Origin: Selaginella moellendorffii
Lineage: Eukaryota; Plantae; Lycopodiophyta
Reading direction: 5' to 3'
NCBI RefSeq assembly: GCF_000143415.4
Contig: NW_003314271.1
Coordinates: forward strand, 186,001 to 250,000
Length of the DNA: 64,000 bases
Below are positions 63,301-64,000 of the stretch, piece after piece. The translations under genes were made by a program, and so were the position numbers. How positions within the stretch are numbered: the stretch's first letter is position 1; each line of letters begins with the position of its first letter. The notes below the pieces were generated by a model. The model did no database searches. It was not told the DNA's origin and saw nothing but the letters and a program-made list of their open reading frames with translations.

Positions 63301-64000
63301 AGCAATGAGTTGTAGGACTTGACAACTATGAGGCAACTAAGCAAGAGGTGCAAAATAACTGGCTAAACGGGTAGAGGGTAGCTACCCAAGACTTCTAGCA
63401 TAGGGAAGTCAGATATACCCTTACGGGGGATAAGTTGCTTATGTTGCGATATAGTAAGTCAATGTCATAAAAGGAAATACTCATTGTCAAGAAAGCCATC
63501 ATTGGGACACCCGAACACTCTAGAACACCAGAAGGTGGTGTTTAATGTTGCGAGGGCAATGGATAAAGCCCAAGGGACTAAGTCCTTAGCGAATGATGGA
63601 TAGAAGGTGCTATCCAAATGTCCAAGGTTGCGAAGACAGGAGAGGACTGTCTACCCAAGTTGGACAAAGCCAAAAATGGAATTTTGGCAAGGCTAGTGAT
63701 GGGCATGTAAAGGCCCATAAGCAACAATGTAATCCCAGTGTGTGGGATTATAAGGTGAGCATACCCGGATTGAGGAACCACTCCCTGGGCTATTGGGTAG
63801 GTTCATCCCTAAGAATACTTGCTAAGGCATGATAGAAAGTGCAAAGCTATCCTCCTGGTCTGGAGGAGAATGACCAAAGGAAAGGTGTGAAGCCAAAAAA
63901 GCAAGAAGTAAGGGGATAGAACCGAACCGTAGGAATCAAAGGGCATAACCAAGGTTGGTTATGCCAGCTGGGAGTGGAGAATCAAGTGGGGGCTCGAGGG
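60310..64000 (+). mobile_element. Family G element, 5' LTR 60310-62083 plus internal region running off the window
   Basis: TGTGAGAC...GCTTACA; PBS TGGTATCGGAGC 62087; internal region colinear with 53966-55850. Confidence 0.92.

Overview
TE-dense plant nuclear window. It is probably from a non-seed vascular plant such as a lycophyte/Selaginella; this is inferred from ~60-100 bp introns and from Tcn1-like and Selgy-like gypsy elements. Most of it is nested Ty3/gypsy-type LTR retrotransposons, labelled here: family B (chromovirus, <1-7018), F (non-autonomous, fossil pol, one young copy), G (hexamer-array LTRs), H (4-bp TSD, tRNA-Ala PBS) and a self-priming Tcn1-like element. Host-derived sequence comprises one intact 4-exon 2-oxoglutarate dioxygenase gene, a CYP704-like pseudogene, an OEP80/TOC75-V pseudogene fragment, decayed 5.8S/26S rDNA pieces and LINE remnants. 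The main finding is a family of ~194-bp LTRs carrying a 5S rRNA internal promoter (Cassandra-like, 6 LTR copies). It occurs as a complete TRIM, as solo LTRs, and fused through PBS and PPT to a chromovirus gag-PR-RT-RNaseH, which points to an autonomous partner for 5S-TRIMs. A second TRIM with a tRNA-type promoter split across LTR and PBS is nested inside it. Clade names and the 5S/tRNA/rRNA comparisons come from remembered reference sequences, not from searches.
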